Below, piece by piece: positions 37,383-51,800 of a stretch of 64,000 nucleotides of DNA. Made by a program: the position numbers and the translations under genes. This DNA comes from Geosiphon pyriformis uo1 (taxonomy: Eukaryota; Fungi; Glomeromycota), in assembly GCA_016748015.1 (NCBI GenBank), contig JAAOMT010000009.1:1427924-1491923 (forward strand), read 5' to 3'. Under the pieces are notes generated by a model. The model had not been told where the DNA came from. It ran no database searches and saw only the letters and a list, made by a program, of their open reading frames with translations. Positions within the stretch are counted from its first letter, which is position 1. The number at the start of each line of letters is the position of its first letter.

Positions 37383-40300
37383 TTTTTTTTGTTGCTTTTG
37401 TCATGTATACTGTGTCTTTATATAATCTTTTGGTTGTTCAATTTGACATGTTTGGTTTAATGATTATAATTGGTTTTAAATCTTATAAAATCTTATCTGG
37501 TTGAACTAATGTTCTCTGTACTCTTAATTGTAGAATATTATTAGTGGATGATGACACTATATGATAATATGGTTTTAGTCAATCACCATGTGCTGCTTTG
37601 GCTAAGATTTTGTTGTTCCATCTTAATTTAAAAGCTTTATTTCCTAAAATTTCTTCTATGTAAAATGGTTTGTCTCATTTGGGGTCAAATTTTCTATTCC
37701 ATTGTTTTTTCACTTTAGTATGATGTAAAAGTACTTTGTCTTCAATCCTGAATTTAACTGGTTTATCTGATAGTTGGTTATTATGTCTTTTTTTTGTTTC
37801 TCTTATGACTTTTGGATACTATCAGCTGCTTTTTGCCATTTGTTTTTCAGTATCTCCATTAAGTCATATGTTTTTCTCAACAATGTTCTTTGAAAATTCT
37901 TTTCTGTTATTGGTTCTGTTGAATATATTCTGACTTCTATCTTAACTGGTAATGTTGCTGTTTTACCATATACTAATTCAAATAGTGTTGTTTGTGTAGT
38001 GTCTTACTTCATTGTCCAGTAAGTGAATAATACTAATGGTATGAACAAATCCCATTTATCCTGGTTTTCTTGGCTGATCTTGGCTATTGTTTTACACAGT
38101 GTTCTGTTAAATCTTTCAACTAACTCATTTGTTTGTGAATGGTATGGTAATAATAATAGTCTTTTTATCCCAAATCTCTGACTTAATTCTGCCAATATTC
38201 TATTTACAAGTTCTTTGATCTGATAGTAGTTCTTTTGGACATTTGTGTCAACAGATCAAATCTTAATGAATGAATTCAGCAACAAATTTTGCATCTGCTT
38301 TTTGAATGGCTTTTGCTTCTGGCCATTTAGTAAGATAATCCATGGTTATTGCAATATATTTGTTGCCTCTGCTGGTGATTGTTAATGGTCTGATTAAGTT
38401 AATTCCGATATGATTAAATGGTTGTTCTATTTTGATTGGTCTCAATGGTTCACTGGGTTTTGTTCTACCTTTTCTTTGACAAGCATCACAATTTTGAATA
38501 TATTAGATAATATCTGGATACATTAATGGCCAATAGTATTTTTTTTTGGTTTTTTCTATTGTTGCTTCTTTATGAAAATGTCCTGCTGTTGGATTTGAGT
38601 ATATGTTGAATAATATTGTCTCTTTTTTTGGTTCTGTAATTACTCTGGTTGGTTGATCTAGATTTCTTTTGTTCTTCTAGTAGAGTATATTTTGATGGTT
38701 GATAAAATATTTTGATAGTTGTTTTATGTTGTTTTGTTCTTTCTGAGATAATTTTTTCTTGAACAATTGGGTATTTATATAATGTTGGAGTTGTTGGTAT
38801 TTTTGTATATTCATCTTTTGTTATATTTTTGGGTTGAAATGTTTTTAAATTTGTTTCATTCACAACAGACTGTTAGCATTTCCGTTTTCTTTTTCTTTTT
38901 TGTAATGTACTATATAATTAAATAGTAAAAGCTCTATTTTCCATCTGGCATGACAATCATTTCCAAATTTTTGCTTCTGGATTGAAATCAATTCTTTGTG
39001 ATCAGTATATACATCAAACTTTTGACTCAAGTATTTTTTTCATTTGATGACAGCCTAATAGATTGCTAAGTGTTTCAATGCTGGAGTTCCATAGTTTTTT
39101 TCAGCTGAACTTAAGCTGTGGCTAGCATATGCTACTGGGTGTTTTCATCTATCTGGTCTTTTTTGAGATAGTACTGCTCTTAATGCTTGACTTAATGTGT
39201 CTGTTGTAATTATGGATGGTTTACTATAATCTGGATAGATCAATACTAAGGCTTGAATAAACTTTCTTCTTAATGTATCAAAAACTTTTTGCTGGGTTTC
39301 TGTCCATTTATATTTCGTGTTCTTTGTTTGTAGTTGATATAGTAGTTGAGCTATTTTGAAAAAGTATTTGATAAAGCAATGGTAGTAATTAGCAAATTTT
39401 AAGAATATTCTTAATTTTGTGAGATTATTTGGTACTGGAAAGTTTTTAACAATCTTAATCTTATCTGAATTTGTTTTAATACTATCTTTGCTCATAATAT
39501 GTCCCAAAAACTTGAGTTCTGTTTTACCAAAAAAGTATTTGTTTGCATTTAATTTTAATACTGCTTATCTGAATCTTTCAAATACTTGTTGGAGATAATG
39601 CAGATGATCATCAAATGTTTTTAAAAACACATTGATGTTGTCCAGATATACAATTACTGATTTCCATAGTAGTTCCATATAAACAATTTCCATAAGCCAT
39701 TAAAATATGACTGGAGCATTCATCAAGCCAAATGGCATTACTTCAAATTCGAAATTTCTTTTTTAAGTTGTAAAAGCTGTTTTTTTCTTGTCTTTTGGTT
39801 TCATGACTACTTGCCAGTAACCACTATCTAAGTTTAAAGTCAAGAACCATTTCTTTCTTTCAAAAATATTGAACAGCTCTTGGATCTTTGGTGTTAGGTA
39901 ACTATCTTCTTTTGTTATTCTATTCAGTTTCTGGTAATTCACACAAAAGTGGATTTTTCCATTTTTCTTATGAACTAGTACTACTGGTGATAATTATAGG
40001 CTCATTGATGGCTAAATTAGCCCATTGTCAAGCATCCAATTGATTTCTTGACAAATGATCTCATAGCTGGCTGGTGGTACTCTGTATGCTCTTTGTTTGA
40101 TTAGCATTGCATTTCCAGTCTTGATCTAATGCTGGATTATGTTAGTTCTGCCAAATTCATTTTTGCTGGCAAAAATGTTATTAAAGTTGTTGAGTAACAT
40201 CTTGAGTTGTATCCATTGAAGTGGGTCTAAGTTTCCCAAGTTCATTTGTTCCAACTGTTCTGGCTGGAGCAAATAGTATTTTTCTCATCTGTATATTGTT

Positions 40301-41031
40301 TAAGATATAATATCTACATATCCATACAGTTGTGGAAAATCTGAAATGGTGTTTGGTAATTGGTCTTTAATTTCAATAGTTAGATATCCAATAGTGGTTT
40401 CTTCTAATATCTCGATGATATCTCCTGTGTTGTTGTAAATGGGAATTTTGATGTGACTGTAATTCTTGGCTGGTATGTATAGATTGACTAATCCAATTTT
40501 TCCTGATTTACAAATTGTTGCTTCTGCTTTAAAAATCTGTACTTGATTCTTTATTTTTCACTATGTACTGGTTATATAGTGGAATAGAAATTGATTGGTG
40601 GGTAGAGATAATTTTTTTCTTGTCAACAATTTCTTCTTCTGCCATATTAACTGGTACATCTATTCTACCTGTGAATCCAAAACCCTATATCCCTCTAACT
40701 GTAATCCCTAATTTTTTCTTGTTTCCCACTGATATTAATTGAGCTATTTTAACCAGAGACAAGAATATTGTCTGTGCTATCTTTTTGTTTGGCTCTATAA
40801 TGTAGGCTTTTTCTAAGTTATTTTGTAGTATTGTAATGATATTTTCTACATATCCTGTGTCAATTATTCTTCCTCTGATGTTAATTCTTTTTTTTGCCAA
40901 ACTATTCTTAGATACTAATTGAACCATTGTTGTTGCTAAGATTTCTAATGCTATTTTGAGATCAATATATGTGCACAAATGTGGTTCCAATTTAATGACA
41001 TCTTTTTCTGGATATCTCAAATCAAACCCAG

Positions 41032-41857
41032 TGTTACAAGTAATTTTTTGGGGTCTTAAATCAAATAACAAACTCATAACTTGGTGCTAAAAGTTATTCA
41101 CATTGATGTTAATAATCTAAAGATTTTATATCTGAAGATTTCGGTTTGAGTTCTTTGTATAATGGACAGAGATTCAATAGTTGTTTTATCCATAGCTTCC
41201 CAGAATCACAATTCTGTCAATTCTTCTCTTGGCGTGATGGCCAACAATCCTCTGGTAAGTATTCTGTATCTTCTGTACATGTTTTACCCTCTCACAGAGG
41301 TTTTTTACTAGACAATCCTTGATGTTAATAATCTAGCGCTTTATTCAACTAATTAGTGCACAACAATGAAACCAAAATAAAAATAAAGAAAAGAAATAAA
41401 AGAAATAATGAATAAGCCAAGGTGGTTTTGCAAATTAGTATCCTGTTAATAGCCATGATCAAGAGCTATTGTTCCAGTATGTTTAAGTATCAATTACTAT
41501 CAACATGAAGTATTAATAGTGGAATTAGGTTTGAAATACCAAATAGTTATTTATTGTGTTTGGAAGGTTGTCTAAATGAAATTTAAACTGGGAGGTCTGT
41601 CTTTTCAGCTTCTCATACTACTGCTATATATACATAATTGAGATTTCTTGATTTCTCAATTTTTCACAACAGGAATTCTGCAATTTCTTTGAGAGAATCC
41701 TGGAATTCTGGAATCCTGCAATTCCTCGTGAGAATTCTGTAATTCCTGGAATCCTGCAATTCCTGAAAGGAATCCTGGAATTCCACATTTACTATGTTTA
41801 CTTCTGATTGGCTAATAACTATGCTAATATATATTCTCTATAATTCTATGAGTAACA
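41032..41857 (-). repeat. Solo LTR (family A variant with a different U3 repeat module) inserted in the Gypsy-1 dUTPase
   Basis: TGTTA...TAACA termini; TSD CCAG/CTAG; removal restores HNTDAGFDLRY. Confidence 0.9.
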
Positions 41858-44800
41858 CTAGCATCAGTATTATGCACTCATTCTGGCATAATATCTTTGT
41901 TATTATTATTGAACTATTTCAGTTTCTGCTCTTTAGTGAGGTCAAGAAGTACAATATATTGCTTGGAGTTTAAATCTGAGTCTGAATCATTGTTATCTTT
42001 ATTGTTATATTGAGTGGAGCTGGAATCATTGTTTTCATCATTATTGTTGTTGAAATTTGAATTAGGATTGAAAATTGATTCCAATTTTGATGTGCAGCTG
42101 CCAATTGGTTCTTCCTCTTCTGGGATCATATAGATCATGCATAGTAGTGGATTGTAAATGAGATCACACTTATTACAATACTAAAAGTCACATAGAATCA
42201 AACAGTAGTTACATAGTCTTGTGTTTATTTCTTCTAACCATTGCTCTTGTTTCTTTCTAGTGGGTACTAATTCTTGGTAATACTTATGAAATTGTTTTGG
42301 GTCCATAGGCTTTAGGATAATATTTGGGTTTAGGTCTCAGTCAAATTCTATGAGTTTTGGTGAGTTGTTTTTGATCATTCTTATTTTTTTTGGTAATGCT
42401 CCTTCAATTTTGGCAAGTACTATTTACCAGATTTTGTCATTATTGTGTAGACATCCATCCAAACATTTTACTGCTCTCTTCCAGACTGCTTCTATTGGTG
42501 TCTTTTTTTTTACCCAGTCACTTAATAGGATTGTGTACTAACATAATTTGTTGTATGTTCCTCCTTTTCCAGAAATATTGTTCCACATTCCTTTGTTGAG
42601 GAGAGTTTTGCCACAAGCCAAACATGGTTTATTGTCCCATTTCTCTTTTCTTTTTGGTCATTCAAACCGTTTAATAATACATGAGCAGCAATAGAATTTA
42701 GTTGCCATCGGCCATTCTTCATCATTGCCATAGTATGTATCTATTGTGAACAATTTCTTGCCATAGTTAATGCATATTGGCAATAGTTAGATGGTGGTGG
42801 TGTGGTATAGGTATAAGAAATATGAGTAGTGGTGGTGGTTGGTGCTGGCTCTTCTTCTTTCTCTTTTTTTTTTCCTTTTGTATTCTTTTTTCACTCCCAA
42901 GTTGGCATTAATTCAATGTTATCATCATCAGTCTACTATGTTTGTTTAGCATTTTTAACAGGTTTTTCCTTTTTTTTCCCTTTCTATTGTCATCTTAAAA
43001 TAGTACTAATGGCAATTTGTTGTAATTAGTGTTAGCCCAGAAAACTTGGAAGGCTTCTCAGGTAGATTTTTTTTCTTTTTCTTCCAATTCAATAAGTGGC
43101 TTGTTATTGGTAGTGATTTTGAAATGACCACAAGTAGCTAACACACATGTGTAATGGCTATTTTGGCTAATCTGCAGTTCTTAGGTGTTTCAGTCAAGCA
43201 CAGGATTGGTTTTAGACAGCCAGTTATTTCCAACAAGAGCTTAGTACTAAGTTGCTTCCATTACCAATACTTTGATTAATATTATGATGTCATTGACTTT
43301 AAATGGGAAGTCATCTATTTCACCAATTGGAGTTTTGGTCATACCATTGGCTGTTATGATTTTAGCACTGGCAGCATGATTAACTTGGTAACCTAATTGG
43401 TTTATGAATTGTCATGTGATGATGCTATCAGCTGATCTACTGTCTAGGATCAGTTTAATGTGCTGCCTATCAACTTTAGCATCTGTATACATTGCAGTGA
43501 TGGGTTTTAATTCTAAAGTAGCTCTATTAAATAGTGGTGTTTCAGCTGGTTTTTCGAGTTCAAAAGAGAAGATAGTGGTAAGTAATTCATTCTTAGTAAT
43601 AGTTGCTGGCAGTATATTGTTGGTAAGTGGCTGCTTTTGTTTAGTTCCTAAGTTGTGGGATGTGGCATCTTCTAGAGTTATCAGAAGACTTAAATAGTTC
43701 TAAAAACTTGGGTTTTGGGCATATCTAGTCCCCAAATTCTAAGAACATGTTCCTAATTGTTGGGTGGAAAAATTGAGAATTGGTTGATGAACAACTATTG
43801 CCAATCTCCAGTTTTGTTGTATTATTTTTGGCTGTTGTGTTCCGATTTGAGGTAAGTTTTATGGTGGTGTTTGAATTTGTTGGGACTGGTATATTACTTA
43901 TAACTACAGCTAATAAATAATGGATGTTGTTGGCTGATAAATGGAAGCTTGATATATCAGTGGTTGATAAATTGGCTGTTGTGTCATTTGGGTGTAATAA
44001 AGTGAGTATTGATTCTGATTTGGATATTGATTCAGCATTTGAAACCTATAATTAGGGTTTTGGTATTGATTTCCTGATTATTGGTTATTATTATAAAAAT
44101 GGCAGTCAATTCTCAAATGGCCTTGTTTACCACAATTGTAGTAGACATGTATTTCTTGCTGCCATGGCTGATTGGATGATAGTGAAGAACATGACTGATT
44201 TTGGAAGTAATTCATGTTTTTGGAATTATTGTGCCATTGGGATGGCTGATAAATTGCACGATTGTTAGCTAAATATCCTTCTAATTTCTAATTAATTGAA
44301 TTACTGAGTTGTTTCAATTTGGAATCCAAGTCAGATAATTCATTTATAACTAAGTTTACGGCTTGGGCATGATTAGTCTTTAATTCAGCTAACTTAAAGT
44401 CTTTGGCCTATATAACTGCATCTTGGAGTGTTGCTGGATGTAATAATTGTATGCATTGAAAAAGACTACTGTACAGGCCATAGATAAACTGGTTTAAGAT
44501 CTGTGGTGCTGTAAAATAGTCAGCTTGGATTGCTTAAATTTGGCATAAGTTCCTGTAGAAGTGTCCCAAATAAGTGATAACTATTTCAGTTTCTCTTTGT
44601 TTGATTGTAGTAAAGATATTGGCTAGGTGATTAATACTATTATTATTATTGAAATATCCTAAAAATGCAATTTTAAATTCCTGGAATGTTTAAGGTTTGG
44701 CAACTAAACTTTAATACTATGAGTTGATAGTATCTTGTAAAAAATAAGAATCACTTGAAGAGCTTTGTCATTATTCTATCTATTTGGCTACAATGGCTTT

Positions 44801-45831
44801 TTCCATGTTATTGAGCCATATTTGAACATCATTTTTTTTGCTGGTAAATTTTTTTATCTTGGTAATTGGAGCGTAAACCATTAGTTGTTGTTGTGGTTGT
44901 TGTTGTGGTCATTGCTGAACTTGTTGTTGGGATAGCAGTTGTGGCTGTTGTTGCTGTTTGGCAATTGGTAGAATGGGTGGTAAATTGATTTCAATTATTG
45001 AAGGTAAGTTTTGCTGATTAATTATGTCAGAATTTAAATCATTCTGATTTTCTGAAGTTTGAATATTTGGAATTTAATTTTCCGGATTTTCTAAGATTGG
45101 TGTTCACTTGTTAATTTTCTGATCACTACCTTCTTTGGAGTCAGTTATTTTTCAAGGACTAACAGCTCCAAAATCTGGTTGTGGTGGTAGTAATCGAATG
45201 CCTGATGGTATTGGAGATTGCAATTTAAATTTCTCAAAATAATCACTGTATGTTTCTAATAGCTCTGTTTTCTTTTGTTTACTTTGGAATGGGATTCTGT
45301 TCAATAATGTTATTACACTTGCTTTAGTTGCATTTGTTATGTTGATAGTACTTCTGAATATATGGTAATATAATAGATTTGCAGATAAATTAAATCTTTG
45401 TTTCTTTCAAGTAGGTAGTTGGATTTGTTTTGGTGTTCCAGCTGGTGTTTGTAACTTTCTTTTTCCTTTATCAGCAAAAGTGATAAGAAATCTCTGCTTG
45501 GTATATCTTTTAATTTTCTTGTTTATTTTTGTGATTAGGAGTGCAAATAAGTAGTTTTGTGGAAGAATAATGCTTTGGAATAGTTTACTAAAGAAATTGT
45601 TGAAGACAGATTCTGGATCTCCTTGGCCTTCCAAATAATATACTATTTTTTTATTGATATAGTAGTTGAAAGCTGATTCTGTTGGCCAATTATTATTTGT
45701 TAATCTGAGATGGGTATGATAGTGTTGGAATAAAGATTTTACAAATCCTAAATAGTTTGTCTCTATTTCTTCAGATTTTGCCATTGTTTTGGATGGTTAT
45801 TTGTTGGTGCCAGTTTTTTGTTAAATTATAT

Positions 45832-45847
45832 CTCACAGAGAGCACCA
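45832..45847 (-). promoter_or_regulatory. Primer-binding site TGGTGCTCTCTGTGAG (complementary to a tRNA 3' end, possibly elongator Met or Ile)
   Basis: Lies 2 nt inside the 5' LTR and starts TGG; near-identical at 63678-63693. Confidence 0.75.
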
Positions 45848-48800
45848 AATATTGCAGTTGATTATTTGGGGTCTCAAAGCAAATAATAAACCTGTAACTT
45901 AGTGCTCAATTGATATACTACTGTTGATTTCTGAAGGTTTTCATGATCTGAAAGTTTTGGTTGAATCCTTTGTATAATAAACAAAGATTCAATTAATAGT
46001 TTTATCTATAGCTTCCCAAAACCACAGTTTTGTTAATTTCTTTCTTAGCATGATAGCCAGTAATCTTTCTGGTAAGCTATCTTCAAATTTAAGTGTCTAC
46101 CTTTATTTTTGGGTCTTTTACCAGTACTATATCTTGATGTCAATATCTCCATGTGTAAATTCTTTTAATCAAGTTAACAAACAACAAAGAAAATAAAGCA
46201 AGAAAAAAAATAAAGAAAATAAGAAAAATAAGCCAAAACAATTTACACATTAGTATTCTATTAATAGCCATGATTAAGAGCTATTGTTCCAGTGTGGTTA
46301 AGTATTAATTACTATCAACATGAAGTATTGATAGTAGAAAATAGATTAAGATAATGAATAATTATTTATTGATATTTGTGATGTAGAAGGTTGCTTAGAT
46401 CAAATCTAAACTGAAAGATCTGTCTTTTTTTTTTCTAATACTATCACTATATATACATAATTAATGTTTTATGAGATTGTTTACATTCCTAAGCAATATG
46501 CTATGATTTCTTGAGCAATGTGCCCTAATTTTCTAATATTGCTCCATATTATTGAACAATATGCTGTGATTTTCTGATATTACTCCACATTGCTGAACAA
46601 TATGTTGTAATTTTTAATATTGCTCCATATTGCTAAGCAATATGCTTATGTGCTAACTACTACTTTTCTATTGGTCTACTATTTTCTATATCTGTTTTTT
46701 TTTATAAGTAACAACATACAGAACCAAACCAAGTGATCTTAATTAAATGTGACTTATGTATTTACTACATGTAACCAGCCACTTAGACCAGACAAGGCAA
46801 CACTATACACCTATATAAACATTAGAACAACTACTCAAACCAAAAAAAAATAAACACAGCATATGTTTATCAAAGCTAACAGCAAAAAATTCAATAATAT
46901 CAAGCAAACAAACCATCTTATTTGACAGGCTTTTAACCAATTTACAAGACAAATCAGACATTAAATCACTATCTTTTACCAGACTAGCTCTTTTTATATC
47001 TATTTTATACTTAGATTTTATAAACCAAACTCTAAAATAATGTTCCTTTACCAGATGTCTTAAGAAACCAACCACTATTACAATAGTCTTTCTCCTTTTC
47101 TTAAGAATTATATTAGTCTTATTAGACCACATCTTTAACACAAAGTCTTTACAAATTACAGTATATAAGTCTGTATTAAATAAATATCTTAAGAGAGTAT
47201 TCAAAACCACAAAAAAAGACTTACAAGACCTAACAGATAAAATCTAAATGTCAAAAGCCTTTAATAAAAATTTTTTCTGAGTATTAATATTATTAGCATA
47301 AATAAAAACATGATTTAACAATTCAATTTTTTCACAAAATAAACACAAAACCCCAAGATACAACTTGTCATATAATCTTTTTTTAACTGTAACAGACAAT
47401 CTTTCATGCACAGTTTTTATTAAATAAGTGTATAAACTGGTTGACCTCTTGTTAGTAAAATCAAACAACATGTGAAAATTAAAATGCCAGACCTGTGCAG
47501 TAGACACTCAATTCACTTTCTCAATCAAGATATCAAAAATTACATTATAATCAGAACCAGTTTTCTATTGAGCATAATTAATTAATCTATAAATATTGTG
47601 AACAAAATAACAAACATTGTTAAATATATCATGTTTTCAATTACAACAAAATATTTACTTGCTCTAATTGGCAACAAAAAAAAAAGAGAAGTAGCTGTTC
47701 TTGTTATAGAATTAGCTTTAATATTATTAGGAACACTTGAGTAATCTTTAATCTTAATTCACTAAACTAAAAATTTTTTATTTCTTATCAAATTGGCAAT
47801 ATGTCTTTTTTCTATCTAGCATTGATTATAAAAGTCCAGCACAGTAAATTCAATCTTAGAGACACATACATCAATAGCAGCTTAACTGTCCAGATAAACC
47901 ACTACTGTATAGAAAAATAGTATGCATTCCAAAAACAAAGCCACAGTCTGTAATTCAATTATTGTAGAAAACAAAAGTCCATAAATCATAACACTAATAC
48001 CCAAATTCACAGCTAAAAAATATGCTGCAGTCTTACTAACAACTTCAATTAAATCCAAGTCTCTTAGAGAACCATTTGTGTATACTTCAATAATATTTAA
48101 CCAAATCTTAAGCAAACTTTTATACACTTTAGAAAACCCAGTAGATCTCAAAACATTTGTATTTAAATCATTATTAGCTTCTAAAAAAGCCACTTTTAAA
48201 ACACTTTTATTATACAAAAATTTTGAAATCAGATTAAACTAATAAAGCACTAAATCTTTGGTATCTAATCTCTTTTAATGCTGAAAAGTCTTCTAATCCA
48301 TCATATTACCCTTTTTATTTAGAAGTTTGTCACCAAATACAACACCAAACTGTTTCAAAGAGCATATTAAATCATAATACAAAGTCTTATCTAGAATATT
48401 TAACATCAAAAACTTTCTCAAACTGCAAAATACATTAAGCAGATTGTTCACAATAGACATTTTATTGAGCAAAAAAATCCTTATCATTCCAGCCAAAAAA
48501 TTGTTTACTATACTGATACCAAGTTTAACAAAAAACTGCAAAAGATTCAAAGAAGCCCATTTTAAGACCTGCAAATCCAAAAATTTGTGTTCAAACAAAT
48601 GCCCAAAAATACTAGAAGCATTAGAAAATATAACCAGTAAAGCCAACTTTTTCTTAGTTTGAACTTGCTCAAAAGGCTTTAAATTGTACAGAAATGGATG
48701 ATGCAGAGCTTCATTAAGAAAGTTTCTTGGCAAATTAGTCTTTAGCTTAAGATTTTTTCTGATTATAGTATTTTATTTACAACACACATCTGATAAAACA

Positions 48801-51800
48801 AAACTAAACTGTAACTGGTAGCCAATAATAAACTGCAAAATAACTGATACCAAATATAAAAACTGCTTATTTATAATCACTTTTCTTAATACTACATTAG
48901 AGAAGAATCTGATATCAGAGTAAATCTTGGCCAAGCTAGACTTGAACAAACCATTAGTTGACAAAAAAATTCTCAAGTATTTATGTGGCTCCCCACTTTT
49001 GACAATTGAAATTAACAAACCACTGATTTTTAAAATGACATCTTTGACTCTGCAATTGATAAGAATAGCCACCATTTTATCATTATTAATTAATATATTA
49101 TTTATCAAAAAAATTTACTGGCAATGTCCAATATATATTGTGTAGATGTTTGATTATTCCTAATTCAGATAGTATTATTAACAAAAGTCTCAGCCACAAA
49201 AAAAGAAGTTTTCTCTCTTTTGGCCTTAATTTTATTTGTCTTAGTTACAAAACTAGTGTTCATATAGTATATACACAAATATTTATGTCTCTTTACTTTA
49301 CACAAAAAAGAGTCATAAAAGATCTTCTAAAAAAGAGGAGAGAACACTTTACTCTAATTCAAACTATTATGTACTTAATAACTATTAGAAAGACTGAAAT
49401 CTGTTATTATTTTATTCACCCTATTTTTATAAATAGAGCCAAAAAAACTGATAAACCTTTTATACATTCTGATACATTATAAACTAGTCTTTAAATAAGT
49501 CCAGCCAACAGAATCATATATCTTTTGTATGTTTTGCAAAACCAACCAAATTTTTTTGTTCTTTTCCAAGACATCTTTAATAACAGACCCAACAACAAAA
49601 ATGGAGTGACTGTATTAAAGTACTTCTTAAAACAAAAAAGTTGTCTCTATAAAACACATCAAATCAATTATAGGCAAAAGAGATTTGGTCTAAAAGAATC
49701 TTAGAAAGAATTTTTCTGGCTGTTTTGATTAAAACTATAAGTTAAGTATTTATTAAGACCCCATTTTATTTATAAGACTTAAGTATTATTGAAATTCAGG
49801 CTCTCTTTTACAAAATTGGAGCCATATTCAAAGTCAAACACTCATTCAAAAGACCCAAAAAATACTCAAGAACATTCTCATCACAATGCTTCTACAACTT
49901 ATTAGGAATGTTATTTAATCTAACAGTCTTTTTATTGGGCAAATTTTTGACCACTTGTACCAAATCTTCTAAATTAATGGTATCTATAATACCTAAGAAT
50001 GTATTAATATCTATATAAACCAAAAGAGCATATTGATTAGCCCAAAGTCCAGACAGAAATTCATGAATCAAATGTTTTCTAGTTTAATTCTCTATAATAG
50101 TATTAACCTTAATTTTAACATCCACAGGTTCCAGAATTAACTTATTATTGATGACCAAATGGTCCAATACTACTTTATAAAAAGGCTTTTTCAAAATGTT
50201 CTTGATTATGTAACTCTTGTTCAAACTAAAGTTTTCCATTCTTTTCTTAATAGCACACTTAATAGCTGCTTTTTCAGAAGTCTTAGACTCATATATTTTA
50301 GACTTGCAATAACTTTTTTGTATTCTAGATAAATACCCAAAATTTTTTATTAACTTGGTATTACTCTAAATTATATCTTGCATTTCTAAAGCTTTATCTT
50401 TGTCAATAATCAACCAAGTGCAGAACAAGAAATCAGTTCTAAGCACATCCTCTGTTCTTAAAACATTGGCCATTTTAGCAACCAGTATTTCCAACTTAAA
50501 AAATCTTGAAGAATATTTGTTTTTTAAACAATTAAAAACATTGAACCAATATCTACAGAAAACTTCATTAGCCAAATCTGCTATTACTTTTCTCAACATT
50601 CCTCACATTAAATTCAAATCACCAACAATCTTTGCCTCCATAAATACATTTGTTATAATTGAAAATTTTTTAGAAAAGCACTCTTTAAAATAAGCCTATT
50701 TGATTTCATCTGTGTTTTTTATTCTGAATTTTCAGTGATTTTTATTAGCTTGTTTGTGCATGCTATTTAATTAAACATTCAAAAAACAATCCAAATTAAT
50801 CAAAACTGAAACAGCTTTATGGTTAGTATTGAAAAACTCAAACATAAAATCGACTTTGTAATTTGCAACTACAGATAACAGACTTTCACTTACCAAAATG
50901 TAATCAATGATTTTTTCAATACTCTTTAAGTTGTTTCAAGTAGAGGTTTTAACCAATAGATGCTTACCAAATAAATTAACCAGATCTAAATTCAAACAAA
51001 ACTTAAAATTTATACTCTTTTTAGATCTATTCTTATTGAAATCTCCATTTAAGACCATAAAACTACTAGAGTTAACTGTCTTAGCTATGAAAGAGTTAAT
51101 TTTCAAAGCTTAACCAAACCTAATCTTAACAGAAGCACCAATATACAAACCCAAAATTGTAATTAAAAGCTTGTTTTTAAAAAGAAGCCACACTGAAACA
51201 ATTCAACCAAGAACTTTTTCAATTTTTAAAACATGGTATACTAAAGAACTGTTCATTATAATGGTCATTTCAGCACCAAAAAAATCCTTATCTAAACCAG
51301 ATACAAAAATCCACATCTTTTTAACCTTGTTTATAATCTAGGAACTAATACTAAACCTTAACTTTGTCTTAGTGATAATTGAAATTATGTTGTCAAACTC
51401 TATATATCAGCATATAATGTTCTTTTGCTTAGCTAGAACATTGATATTACAAATATTACACATAACAACTTTCTATACTAAATCACTCATTGGGATGAAA
51501 AATGCATTAAAAAATCTGAAACAATACACAAATAATCTAATTTTACCAAAACAAAACTAACAAAAGCCTTAAAAGCCACCAATTTAGATTTTAAACTGTT
51601 TACCTTAGTGGTCAAGACCTTTAAATTACTTAAATTCAAAACCAAAAATTCAATAGTAATTAGAAAAGAAAATGAAAAAACAACTTTTAAGCCATCTAAT
51701 ACCATTTTCAAATCCAAATTCAAATCAGTAATAATTAAACCAGCTGAGTTATGAAGAGAAGAAAAAAGAGCCAAAAACACTAAATTCACATTGTTGAACT

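Larger units (their letters stand above)
35875..46713 (-). mobile_element. Full-length degenerate Ty3/Gypsy LTR retrotransposon (Gypsy-1) with dUTPase and extra ORF3
   Basis: LTRs 35875-about 36746 and 45850-46713; perfect TSD ACAT (35871-35874 and 46714-46717); PBS at 45832-45847; gag (45784 down, CGKQGHLRIDC), protease LILDS, dUTPase, RT (MPFGLMNAP, YLDN), RNase H, integrase (TKWPEAKA, NELVERFNRTL) in Gypsy order. Confidence 0.93.

Noticed and set aside
45832-45847. PBS primed by the tRNA-Trp in this window
   Set aside because: The tRNA-Trp 3' end (..ACTCCTCA-CCA) is not complementary to TGGTGCTCTCTGTGAG.
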